From NCBI GenBank assembly GCA_965368975.1, contig CBDUPA010000008.1, forward strand, positions 128,001-192,000: a stretch of DNA of 64,000 nucleotides, written 5' to 3'. The stretch's first letter is position 1. Every line of letters starts with the position of its first letter. Of the stretch, positions 47,458-56,900 are shown in pieces. The notes under the pieces are model-generated. The model did not search any database. It saw only the letters and a list, made by a program, of their open reading frames with translations, and was not told the origin of the DNA. The translations under genes and the position numbers were made by a program. Source of the stretch: an uncultured bacterium (GTDB lineage Bacteria > Acidobacteriota > Thermoanaerobaculia > Multivoradales > JAHZIX01).

Positions 47458-49320
47458 CTAACTTGGGGAACCAGCGGTTTGCGCCGGCAGGGGGTGGACG
47501 TCGGGGAGGGAGCGAGCTTCCGGCAGCGGCAGTAGGATCGAGAAGGTGCTGCCTTTGCCCAATTCACTGTCGACGCGGATCTCGCCGCCGTGCGCCTCGA
47601 CGATGTGGCGCACGATCGACAGGCCAAGACCGCTGCCGCGCACGTCGTGTACCAGACCCGTGCCGACGCGGTGGAAGCGATCGAAGATCTTGCCTTGCTC
47701 GGCACGCGAGATGCCGATTCCGTGATCCCGTACCGACAGCACGGCCTGCTTGCCCTGACGCCGCAGCCGCACCTCGATACGCTCCTGTTGGTTGCCGGAC
47801 TTCGCAACCCCAAGCTCGGCGTTACCAGCCGAGTCAAGCGTCGAGTCTTTGAGCACTGAGTATTTGAGAGCATTGTCGAGCAAGTTGTAGATCGCCTGCG
47901 CGATGGCCCCGCTGTCGAGTTGCAGCTCGGGCAACGGTGCCACCGGCCGCTCGACCTGCAGCTCGAAGCCCTGGCGCTGCAGCCGCACGGTGCACGTCTT
48001 GAGCGTGTCGTCCAGCACACCCTCGAGGCTCGCTGGCTCGAAGCTGTACTCCTTGCGCCCGGACTCGATGCGCGAGAAGTCCAGGATGTTGCAGATCAGC
48101 TGGGTCAGGCGCCGGCTTTCACCCTCGATGTACTCGCCGTATTCGCGCACCTTGGCGGCTTCGGTCACCCGCCCCAGGCGCATCAGCTCGCCGAAGGCGC
48201 GGATCGACGCCAGCGGTGTGCGCAGTTCGTGCGAGACGTTGGAGACGAAATCGTTCTTCATCTCGGACAGATGCATCGCTTTGGACGCCGCGCGCAGCGC
48301 CAGCGCGATGCCGCCGATCAGCACCAACCCGAGGCCGAGCGACAGCGTCAGGTTGAAGGCGAAGTTGGTGCGCGCCCACTCGGCTGGTGAGGTCGAGAGG
48401 TTGCGTAGCACGATCTTCCAATCCTTGAACAGGAAGGTGAAGTTGGCCTCGACCGCCTGTTCTCGGGCCTCTTCGTCGGCGCGGAGGGCTGTGAGCTGTG
48501 CGGGCGACGGATCCAGAGGCCACACCAGATTGCTGGCACTGTCGAACACCGCGACCCGGAATTCCTCGCGGTAGCTGGATTCCGGCAATGCCGTCTCGAC
48601 GGCGTGCGCCAGCACCTCACGGCGGAAGTAGTCCTGGTCGACGATCAGCCCGACGAGGCCCTGGAGATAACCGTCGTCGTCGGTGATGGTGTGCAACATG
48701 ATGCGGGTCGACGGATCCCGTTCGTCCGTCGAGTAGATGTCGGTCTCCAGTGGCTGGCGTTCCTTGAAGCGCCGGGTCCAGGGAGCCAGCGTGGCGTAGA
48801 TCGTTTGCGTCTCGCGCCAAGGTGGCTGTGCCAGCACCTCCCCGGAGTGTGGATCGTAGAGGGTCAACCAGGCGTCGCGCGGCTGGCTGTAGTCGACGGT
48901 GAACAGGCGCTGTACGCCTTGGACCTGGTTCTTGCGAAAGAAGTAGGGGATCTTGTAGGGGTACTCGCGCAGCATCGAAGCCGTCACGCCCAGGGCGTCC
49001 TGCGCGCCCTGGCGGTAGGAGTAGTAGGACTCCTTGACCACGGACTCGGCGTAGCTCTGCAACTCGGCCCGGCGCGCGATGGCTGACGTCTGCTCCAGGT
49101 CGGTCAGCCAGCGGTACTGCAGCAAGAGCATCACCAGTAAGGGGAGGATGACCACCGGCAGCATGCCCCACAAGGCACGCTGGCGTTGCCGCAGCTGTCC
49201 GGGTACGTGCAGGCGTTCAGGTCGGGATGGGCTAGAGGTGTTCATCTTCAGTTCGTTCTTGTCCTGACCGTTCATGTCCTGACCGTTCATGTCCAGGCCG
49301 TTCATGTCCAGGCCGTTCAT
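47458..49320 (-). CDS. Sensor histidine kinase
   Basis: 2 TM segments, VSHELRTPL, NLLDNALKY, DHGIGI, GSGLGL; start uncertain (ATG 49245 to 49320 within a repeat). Confidence 0.93.
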   Translation of the reverse strand: MNGLDMNGLDMNGQDMNGQDKNELKMNTSSPSRPERLHVPGQLRQRQRALWGMLPVVILPLLVMLLLQYRWLTDLEQTSAIARRAELQSYAESVVKESYYSYRQGAQDALGVTASMLREYPYKIPYFFRKNQVQGVQRLFTVDYSQPRDAWLTLYDPHSGEVLAQPPWRETQTIYATLAPWTRRFKERQPLETDIYSTDERDPSTRIMLHTITDDDGYLQGLVGLIVDQDYFRREVLAHAVETALPESSYREEFRVAVFDSASNLVWPLDPSPAQLTALRADEEAREQAVEANFTFLFKDWKIVLRNLSTSPAEWARTNFAFNLTLSLGLGLVLIGGIALALRAASKAMHLSEMKNDFVSNVSHELRTPLASIRAFGELMRLGRVTEAAKVREYGEYIEGESRRLTQLICNILDFSRIESGRKEYSFEPASLEGVLDDTLKTCTVRLQRQGFELQVERPVAPLPELQLDSGAIAQAIYNLLDNALKYSVLKDSTLDSAGNAELGVAKSGNQQERIEVRLRRQGKQAVLSVRDHGIGISRAEQGKIFDRFHRVGTGLVHDVRGSGLGLSIVRHIVEAHGGEIRVDSELGKGSTFSILLPLPEARSLPDVHPLPAQTAGSPS

Positions 49321-49326
49321 GTCCAG
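49240..49326. repeat. 15-bp tandem repeat at the histidine kinase start (MNGLD/MNGQD)
   Basis: CCGTTCATGTCC(T/A)G x4 plus degenerate copies. Confidence 0.85.
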
Positions 49327-49499
49327 ACAGTACGGCGCGCGAGCGTCGGTTGCTGCCGTCTTTACAACTCGTTGACATCTGGTACTACATATTACCTCTC
49401 CTTGATCACCTTCACATCGGGCCTGCGTACCACTTCTCATGAACGACGCGCCAGCCGGCGCATGACCATCGTCAAAGAAACCCTCAAGGAGATTGAACC

Positions 49500-49985
49500 A
49501 TGAAGCGCATTTCCCTCGTTGCCCTCGCCCTGGCCCTGATCGCCCTCGCTCCGTTCGCCGTGGCTGGCGACAAGAAAGCCGGCCACGACTGCGAGCAGAA
49601 CGCTCAGGACTGCCTGAACGCGATGCACGCCAAGCTGCAGAACCGGGGTTGGGTGGGGATCGAGACCGACAAGACCGACAGCGGTTACTACAAGATCGTG
49701 CGCGTCGAGCCGCACAGCCCGGCCGCCGAAGCCGGTCTGCGTGCTGGTGATGTGTTGGTGGCGCTCAACGGCATCTATCTGAGCGACGACAATCGCGAGC
49801 AGCTGGCCGAGGCCAAGCGTGCGCTCGCCCCGGGTGTCGAAGCCACGTACACCGTCAAGCGCGAAGGTGGCAAGCGGCAGATCGCGGTCACGCTGAGCCA
49901 CGTTCCGGCGACCGTGATGGCCGAGTGGGTAGGCCAGCACATGCTGCAGCACCACAGCCAGACCCAGATCGCCGCCGCCTATTGA
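49500..49985 (+). CDS. Secreted PDZ-domain protein
   Basis: AAGGAG RBS, signal peptide, GWVGIE, V.PHSPAAEAGLRAGDVLVALNG. Confidence 0.88.
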   Translation: MKRISLVALALALIALAPFAVAGDKKAGHDCEQNAQDCLNAMHAKLQNRGWVGIETDKTDSGYYKIVRVEPHSPAAEAGLRAGDVLVALNGIYLSDDNREQLAEAKRALAPGVEATYTVKREGGKRQIAVTLSHVPATVMAEWVGQHMLQHHSQTQIAAAY

Positions 49986-50020
49986 CGCCGAGCCTTCACT
50001 CCCTGCCTCCTTCCTTCCTC

Positions 50021-50068
50021 CCGGGGAGGAACCGGTTCACCGGTTCTTCCTCGGTCTTTTTCTGTTTT
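50021..50068 (+). terminator. Rho-independent terminator
   Basis: CCGGGGAGGAACCGG-TTCA-CCGGTTCTTCCTCGG followed by TCTTTTTCTGTTTT. Confidence 0.8.
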
Positions 50069-50084
50069 CAGGAAGATCTGTGGG

Positions 50085-50675
50085 TCAGGGAGAGCAGTGA
50101 TCATAGAGCTCACGCAGGGCCAGCCGCAGATTGCCACCGTGCCGCGCGTAGAGCTCCGTCGCATCGGGTAGGCGCTGGCGCAGGCGTGCGGCCTGGGATG
50201 CCGGCAACGGACGCAGCAATACGTCGATCAAGTGTTGCAGCAGCACGGGGCTCGTCGACGTAGTCAGCAGGGTCGGTAACCGTCCAGGCCTGTGCATCGT
50301 GATCAGCAGGCCTGCGGCGTTGCGACTACGGCGCCGCAGGTGCCACCAGGCCAGGGGGCCGAGTTGCTCGGCGCCGTCGAGCACCAGGACGGTGCGAAGG
50401 TCGAGCTCCGCGAGCCAGGTGCCTTCGATCTCCGGCGGCAGGCGTCGCAGGCCGTCGTGCAGGCGCAGGCCGCGCACCTGCAGCCCGGCAGCCTCCAGTC
50501 GTAGCGTCAGCTTGCTGAGCAGAGTCGTCTTGCCACTGCCGTGGGGTCCGACGATGGCACCTCGATAGTTCGCCGCTTGCAGGTTCTGCAACAAGTCGTC
50601 CCAGTCCCAGCCCTGGGGCTGCAGGGGCAGGTGGTCGATGCATTGTGCGCGGAACGGATTGTCTGCGGGGCGCAC
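50085..50675 (-). CDS. Small P-loop NTPase (AAA-like) hypothetical protein
   Basis: DNPF, IVGPHGSGKTTLL, LVLDGAEQL, GNLR.ALR.LYD. Confidence 0.72.
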   Translation of the reverse strand: MRPADNPFRAQCIDHLPLQPQGWDWDDLLQNLQAANYRGAIVGPHGSGKTTLLSKLTLRLEAAGLQVRGLRLHDGLRRLPPEIEGTWLAELDLRTVLVLDGAEQLGPLAWWHLRRRSRNAAGLLITMHRPGRLPTLLTTSTSPVLLQHLIDVLLRPLPASQAARLRQRLPDATELYARHGGNLRLALRELYDHCSP

Positions 50676-50686
50676 GGCCGGGGCGG

Positions 50687-51082
50687 TCAGGCTTCGTCTG
50701 CCACGGCAGTACCGAGCTGGATCTCTTGACCCGTGGGGGAGAGGACGAATTTCACCAGCTGTGCCTCGTGCTGCGGCTCGGCGATCAGCTCGACGCCCCA
50801 ATGCAAGGTGATCAGCTTGCCCGAAAAGCTGTAGGGCCCTTCCGGTAGCCAGAACTGGAAGCGTTCACTGCCCGACTGGCTGTTGGCCAGGACCAAGGAA
50901 TCGACCACCCCGACGTCCTCGTCACCCTTGCCCTCGGTGTACCAGAAGAGGCGCACTTCCAGCCGGTCCGGCATCTCGTCGAGCTGCCAGCGAGCTTCGC
51001 CTTCGAGCGAGTCTCCGGGGCGGTAACTCTGGTCTTCACCGGCGAGCTGGTCACCGGCCAAGGCAATGTGCAGCGAGTTCAT
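50687..51082 (-). CDS. Arrestin-like/SpoOM-like beta-sandwich hypothetical protein
   Basis: Y.PGD.L.G, EVRLFWYTEGKGDED, PYSFSGKLI.L.W; ATGA overlap with the upstream gene. Confidence 0.65.
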   Translation of the reverse strand: MNSLHIALAGDQLAGEDQSYRPGDSLEGEARWQLDEMPDRLEVRLFWYTEGKGDEDVGVVDSLVLANSQSGSERFQFWLPEGPYSFSGKLITLHWGVELIAEPQHEAQLVKFVLSPTGQEIQLGTAVADEA

Positions 51083-52401
51083 CGAAAGCCTCCCGTGACG
51101 GCGGCCGGCTGCACAATGAAGGGATACTCGTGCGTGATGTCCGGCCAGTTCGGGATGTCACCCACGGCTTTCAGCTTCCACACGATCTTGTTGCGATTCG
51201 CCTCGAAGGAGTGCATCAGGTGGGGCGGCAGCTGCAGGCTCGCCGAGCCGGTCATCTCGTTGCGCCGCGGCGTCTGGTCGACGACTGGGATCTCGGCGAA
51301 GACTTCTTTGGCCGTGTGCGTCGACGTACCCCGACGATATGTCGCCTCCTCGCGTCCTTCGAGCACGATCTTGAAGCGGCGCACCCGGTTCGGAGGTCGG
51401 TTGAAGGTCCAGCTCACCTGGATCATTTCTCCGGGCCGCGCCTGGCCAGAGGAGATGTGCAGCGACAGGCGTGGGTTGAACAGGGCCAGGAAGGTGTGGA
51501 CGATCCCGCCGATCAGGGCCAGGCCGACGAGCACGAAGGGAATCAGGAAGAGCGTGAGGAACCAGTCGGCGGAACCGCTGGTCCAGCTCTTGTAGGCCTG
51601 GTACACGAAGATACTGACGATGCCGTTCCAGAACAGCGAGATGAGGATCATGATGATCAGCTGGCCCAAGGGCGAGCTGTCGGCCTCCAGTTCCTGCGCT
51701 CCGCTGCTACCCACGGGTATGGGGGCGTCAGTGCCTGCGGCGCTGGCCAGGAAGCTGTGTCCCGCGGCACCAGGCGGCGGACCACCGACCAGGCCGGCGA
51801 TCCCCGGGCGCGCTTCTTGTGCCGTGCGCACTTGCTCGGCTAGCGAAGGCTTCGGCCGCCAGCTGGAGGTCTCGACGTTGGCGGGGCCACCACGGTTACG
51901 CCAGGTTGAGATTGACCAGACAATCCCGCCGGCTCCGACCGCGACGAAGATCATCGGCAACAATCCGAAGAGCAATTCCCAGTGCAAGCCGCGGTGGATG
52001 ACCGCTTCTGCTGGCGCGGTCGGGTCGACGTAGCAGGTGATTTTCGATCCCGGCGGATGTGCTTCGACGACTGCGGCCTTGCCGTCGTAGCCACTGCTCG
52101 ACCCGGTCATGAATTGGTAACGATCCGAAGTGAACTCACCTCCACCCCAGGCGTAGCCATAGGTGATGTCGACGCTGTACGTCGATCCGCCTTCGTCACT
52201 CGGGTGCACCCCGACGTCGCTCGAGATCACCGTAGCCTCGACTGGCTCCCAGTTGCGTGCGTCCAGAATGCTGAGCACCGGCTCGAGGAAGATGAACCAC
52301 AGGAAGATCAGGCCGAAGACGAGGAAGACGCCGAAGAACAAGACCATGCAGCCGGGGTGGTTGCTCTCTCTCTTGTTGCTGGACTTGGGTTTCTGGGCCA
52401 T
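51079..52401 (-). CDS. DUF3592 domain membrane protein
   Basis: W.PV.ATVISS, Y.Y..GG..F.S.RY, CYVDP..P.EAV, FWNG, LFLIPFVLVG. Confidence 0.78.
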   Translation of the reverse strand: MAQKPKSSNKRESNHPGCMVLFFGVFLVFGLIFLWFIFLEPVLSILDARNWEPVEATVISSDVGVHPSDEGGSTYSVDITYGYAWGGGEFTSDRYQFMTGSSSGYDGKAAVVEAHPPGSKITCYVDPTAPAEAVIHRGLHWELLFGLLPMIFVAVGAGGIVWSISTWRNRGGPANVETSSWRPKPSLAEQVRTAQEARPGIAGLVGGPPPGAAGHSFLASAAGTDAPIPVGSSGAQELEADSSPLGQLIIMILISLFWNGIVSIFVYQAYKSWTSGSADWFLTLFLIPFVLVGLALIGGIVHTFLALFNPRLSLHISSGQARPGEMIQVSWTFNRPPNRVRRFKIVLEGREEATYRRGTSTHTAKEVFAEIPVVDQTPRRNEMTGSASLQLPPHLMHSFEANRNKIVWKLKAVGDIPNWPDITHEYPFIVQPAAVTGGFR

Positions 52402-52560
52402 TTGTAGCAGATTCTAGCATCCGAGCTAGCTCTCATCGCGGACGGGGTGTCTGGAAGGCTCCAGTTGGATCGATGGTTGCTGCAGCGGCCCAGCCTGATT
52501 AAGGTAAGAGCTGTACCCTGATAGCGCGTCCGGCACTGGACCGCAGGAGGCTTCTCACGC

Positions 52561-53946
52561 ATGCCCATGCACCCTTCCTCGCCCCACTACCCAGGCTCAG
52601 TTCGCGGTACTACCGAGCTGGCCGATGAGCCCCTGGACGAGTTTCACTTGAGCCAGGTTGGCGACAGCTGGGCACCGGTGAGCCGGGTCACCAATCCGGA
52701 CTTCGACCAGCCAAGCGGCACGCCGCTGCATGCCTGTCTGGCTGGCAAGGTAGCCGTGGATGTCATCCACGGCGGCAATATCGTGCCGGCGGACCTGACC
52801 GTGGAGTTGCCACCGCGGCTTCGACCAACCGTGGCAGCTGGCTTCGACCGGGAGAAGGACTGGGGCGCTGATCACTTCGCGGGTGAGCTGGCACGGTTAC
52901 TCAACCTCAGTGGCTTTCTGCGGGTCGATCTCGCTCGGGTGGTGCTCGACTTCAATCGCTTCCCAGGTGTGACGCGAGGTAGCTTGGCGTATTTGCAGCG
53001 AGCCGCGATCAACCACCCGTTCTCGGAACTGTCGTTCGATGCCAAGAAGACCTTGCTCAATGATGGCTACGATTCGATTTCGTCCGCCTTCGACCAGCAT
53101 CTGGAAGGTGCAGTTCTGAAGCTGGCGGTCCACACCTACGACCGCTACAACGCCGGTGGCCCCTACGAAGCGCACGGCACGGTGCGGCCGGATGTCAGTC
53201 TGCTGTACACCTCGCTTTCTTACGATCAGCATCAGCGCCTGATCGAGGGGGTGTTCGATCCTTTGTACCCGGACGCCCTGGGCTACTTCACCTGCGATCG
53301 TCGCTTGGCCGCTCGGGTGACGCTGGAGTTGGAGAAGCGCGGCATCACGGTGGCGCACAATCATCCCTACAAACTGCCAGATGGCAGTGTCGAAATACGC
53401 TCCCAGGTCTGGCATTTCTTCCTCTTCCTGCGCCAACGCTTCGAAGAAGCCCGGCCAGACACGGTCGAGCAGTATCCCTACCAGCTGGTCTGGAACATGC
53501 TGCTCGACACCACCCAGCGATCCGCGTCCAGCAGCCTCTTGCGCAGCTATATCCACGGGCACCGTCGCCTGGCCCGGTCCGAGCTACTCGGTCACGTGGC
53601 TGAGAGTCGACTGGGAGATTTGCAGAGCGGACTCCGCGAGGAGCTGCAACGGGCTCAGCGTGCCTACGAAGACATCGGCACTTATCTCGAGGACCACCGG
53701 CGCAGCGTGATTCAGGACTACCGACGCCATCCCCTGCGCCTCGGGGCGATGGCGCTCGAGGTGCGCAAGGACTTGCTGTGGCAGTTCGAAGACGAAGAGG
53801 AAGAGATCTATCAGAAGCCCGTGCACGGCCGAGGCGGACTCAAGACCGACAACCTGCGTGTGCTGGCTGACGCGCTCAGCGAGGCGCTGGTGACCTACAG
53901 TCACGAGGATCGGTGCGAGACGGTCGAGCGGCAGCGCTGGAGCTAG
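52561..53946 (+). CDS. N-formylglutamate amidohydrolase-like (zinc exopeptidase fold) protein
   Basis: DVIHGG, EKDWGA, ARVVLDFNR, AVHTYD, RPDVSL, NHPY, LEVRKDL; longer than the typical family; AGGAGG RBS. Confidence 0.7.
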   Translation: MPMHPSSPHYPGSVRGTTELADEPLDEFHLSQVGDSWAPVSRVTNPDFDQPSGTPLHACLAGKVAVDVIHGGNIVPADLTVELPPRLRPTVAAGFDREKDWGADHFAGELARLLNLSGFLRVDLARVVLDFNRFPGVTRGSLAYLQRAAINHPFSELSFDAKKTLLNDGYDSISSAFDQHLEGAVLKLAVHTYDRYNAGGPYEAHGTVRPDVSLLYTSLSYDQHQRLIEGVFDPLYPDALGYFTCDRRLAARVTLELEKRGITVAHNHPYKLPDGSVEIRSQVWHFFLFLRQRFEEARPDTVEQYPYQLVWNMLLDTTQRSASSSLLRSYIHGHRRLARSELLGHVAESRLGDLQSGLREELQRAQRAYEDIGTYLEDHRRSVIQDYRRHPLRLGAMALEVRKDLLWQFEDEEEEIYQKPVHGRGGLKTDNLRVLADALSEALVTYSHEDRCETVERQRWS

Positions 53947-56900
53947 AGCGGGCCGCCAGTCGCCAGCTGCAGCTGCACCCAGGCGCGCAGGATGTCTAGC
54001 TTGGCCAGCTCGTGACGCGTGCGCTGGTCACGCAGGGCGGCTTCGGCGTCGAGCTGATCGTTGGTGGTGGCACGACCGGCGCGGTAGCGTTCGGTCTCGA
54101 CGCGTAGGGTTTCGGTCGCCAGCTCGACGCCGCGTTCGCGCACCTCCAGGGACTTGCGCGCGACGACCAGGCGCGACAGGGCTTGGCGAATCTCGAGATC
54201 GATGCCTCTGCGCAGGGCTTGCAGATCCGCTAGCAGAGCATCGCGCTGAGCTTCGAGCGCCGCCTTTCGGGGGGCGCGGGTGCCGGCGGCGAAGGGGGTC
54301 CAGGTGACGTCGAGGCTGCCGCGCAGGATGCCGTCGGGCTGGAAGGCGTCGCCATCGACGGTTTGCCAGGATGCGGTAGCGTCGAGGCGGGGGAGGCGTT
54401 CGGCGTGGACGGCCTGGGCGCGCAGACCGAGCGCGGCGGCGCGGGTTTCCAGGGCGGCCATGTCGGAACGGTGAGCTTGGGCGGCAGCGGCCAGGGTCGC
54501 GGGCGTGGGGTCGCGGGCTCGATCGTAGACGCCGTCGTACTCGGGTTGCACCGGGCCGACCAGGCCGACGGTTCGCCCCAGGTCGTGCACAGCAACCTGG
54601 CGCAGCTCCGCGAGCCGGAGCCCGTCGAGTTGGGCTGATTCGAGATCGAGACGTACCTTGAGCGCGTCAGCTTCCAGGCTGCGCCCGGCCTGGACGCGTT
54701 CTTCAGTCTCGGCGAGGCGCGCCTGCAGGCTGTCGATGAAAGCGTCCGTCGTCCGGCGCGCCGCATCGATCTCGAGCACGGCGAGGAAGGCCTCGGCGGC
54801 TTCGGCGGCCAGCCGTTGGCGCAGGCGTTCGGCGTCGAGCGTGGCTGCTGCGGCTTCACCATGGGCTGCTTGGGTGGCGTAGCGCTGGCCAGCGATGTCG
54901 ACCAGCGGTTGCCGGATGCGGATGCCGGCGACCTGGCTGTCGCGCTCGCTGAGGGTGAAGCTGCCGATCGGCGTGTCGAGGGCGAAGGCGTCGTCGTTCC
55001 ACACGGCGCTGGCGAAGGCGCTCACCGAGGGGCGGCGGAAGGCACGGCTCTCGGCCTCGGCGGCCTGGCTTGCGGCCTGTTGACGAAACTCGGCGGCCAG
55101 CGCACCGGGGCGCGCGGCGGCACGCTGCATGGCTTCTTGCAGGGTCAGCGCGGGAATCTCTTCAGGCGTTTCTGCCTGTGCCAGGGCAGATCCGGGACCC
55201 AGCAGCGCCGCCAGGAGCAGGAGGCCCGCGACAGACGGGTTAGCGGCTGCGGAGCCAACTGCCGGACGTCGGCGCAGCCAGCGCAGTGGGTTCCAGCGTG
55301 CCACGGCGCCGGAGAAGCGGTCGAAGTGGCTGTCGAACAGGAGCTTGTAGAGCGCGGGGACCACCAGCAGGGTGAGTAGGGTCGAGCTGATCAGGCCCGA
55401 GATCATCGCCCACGCCAGCGGTGGCCACAGCGTGGCGCCGGAGAAGGCGAGTGGCGACAGACCGGCGACGGTGGTGGCCATGGTCAGCAGGATGGGGCGC
55501 GTGCGCCGCTGCACGGCCTCGGCCAAGGCCAGGTCGATCGAGTCGCCGCCGGCGCGGCGAGTCTCGATCACCTCCATCAACACGATGGCGTTGTTGACCA
55601 CGATGCCGACCAGCGCCAGGATGCCGAGCAGTGACATGAAGCCGAACGGCTGCCCGGACAGCAGCAGCCCGGGAATGACCCCGACGACGGCCAGCGGCAC
55701 GGTGATCAGCACGATGCCGATGCGGCGGAAGGAGTTGAACTCGGCGAGCAGGAAGAAGAGCAGCAGCAGGGCACCGATCGGCATGACGCGCAGGATGGCG
55801 GCGTTGGCGGCGCCGCTTTCTTCGCCCTCGCCGCCGTATTCCAGGCGCACGCCGTCTGGCAGTTGCAGAGCGTCGAGACGCGGCTGCAGTTCGCGGAGGA
55901 CGCCGCTGGCGGTGACGTCGTCGGCGACTTGCGCCAGCACGCTGACCACGCGCTGCCGGTCGCGGTGGTGGATCGCCGCCGGGCGCCACTCGACGTCGAG
56001 GCGGGCGACCTGGCCTAGGGGCACCGGCTGGCCACCCGGCGTCGCGATGTCGAGGCTCTGCAGGTCGGCGGCAGGGAAGGTCTCGCCGGCGCTCGAACGC
56101 ACCAGGATCGGCACTGGGTCTTCGCCGACGCGGAACTGTCCGACCTCGGTGCCGAGAGTGCGGCCGAGCAAGGCCAGGGCGACGTCGGCACGGGTGATGC
56201 CGTGGCGCGCGGCCTCAGCGTCGTTGATCTCGAAGACGACGGTCGGGGAACCCTGGCTGAGGTCGTGACGCTCGTCACGCGTGCCGGGCACGGCGCGCAC
56301 TTCGGCCAGCACCGCATCGCTGGCGCGCTCCAGGGCTTCCAGGTCGTGGCCGAAGAGCCGCAGCTCGACCGGTGCGGCGACCGGTGGTCCTTGCTCCAGG
56401 CGCCGGGCTACGGCGCTGATTTGCGGATACTCGCGGTGCACCAACTCACGGCTCCAGCGGGTGAGTTCTTCGACCGCCGGCAGGGTGGTTGTCTCGATCA
56501 CTAGCTGTGCACGGTGCGGACTGCTCGGCTTGTCGAGCAGGTTGTAGTAGAAGTGCGGCGCGGCGCGGCCGATGAAGGCGGCCACCGAGCGGACCTGCGG
56601 GTGTTGCTCGAGGTCGGTTTCAATCTGGCGCGACACCGAATCGGTCTCTTCGAGGTGGGTTCCCTCGGGCATCTCGAGATCGAGTACCAGCGTGGTGCGA
56701 TCGGCGGCGGGGAAGAACTGCTTCTTGACCAGGGGGGCCAGCGACAGGGTAGCGCCGAGCAGCAGGCTAGTGGCGACCAGCACCAGCACGGGGTGGCGTA
56801 CGGCGAGCCCGGCCAGTCGGCGCGGCAGCAAGGCCGCGGCACGGTCGGGTTGGCTCTTGGTGCGCGGCCGCAGCACCATCTCGGCCATCACTGGCGTCGC

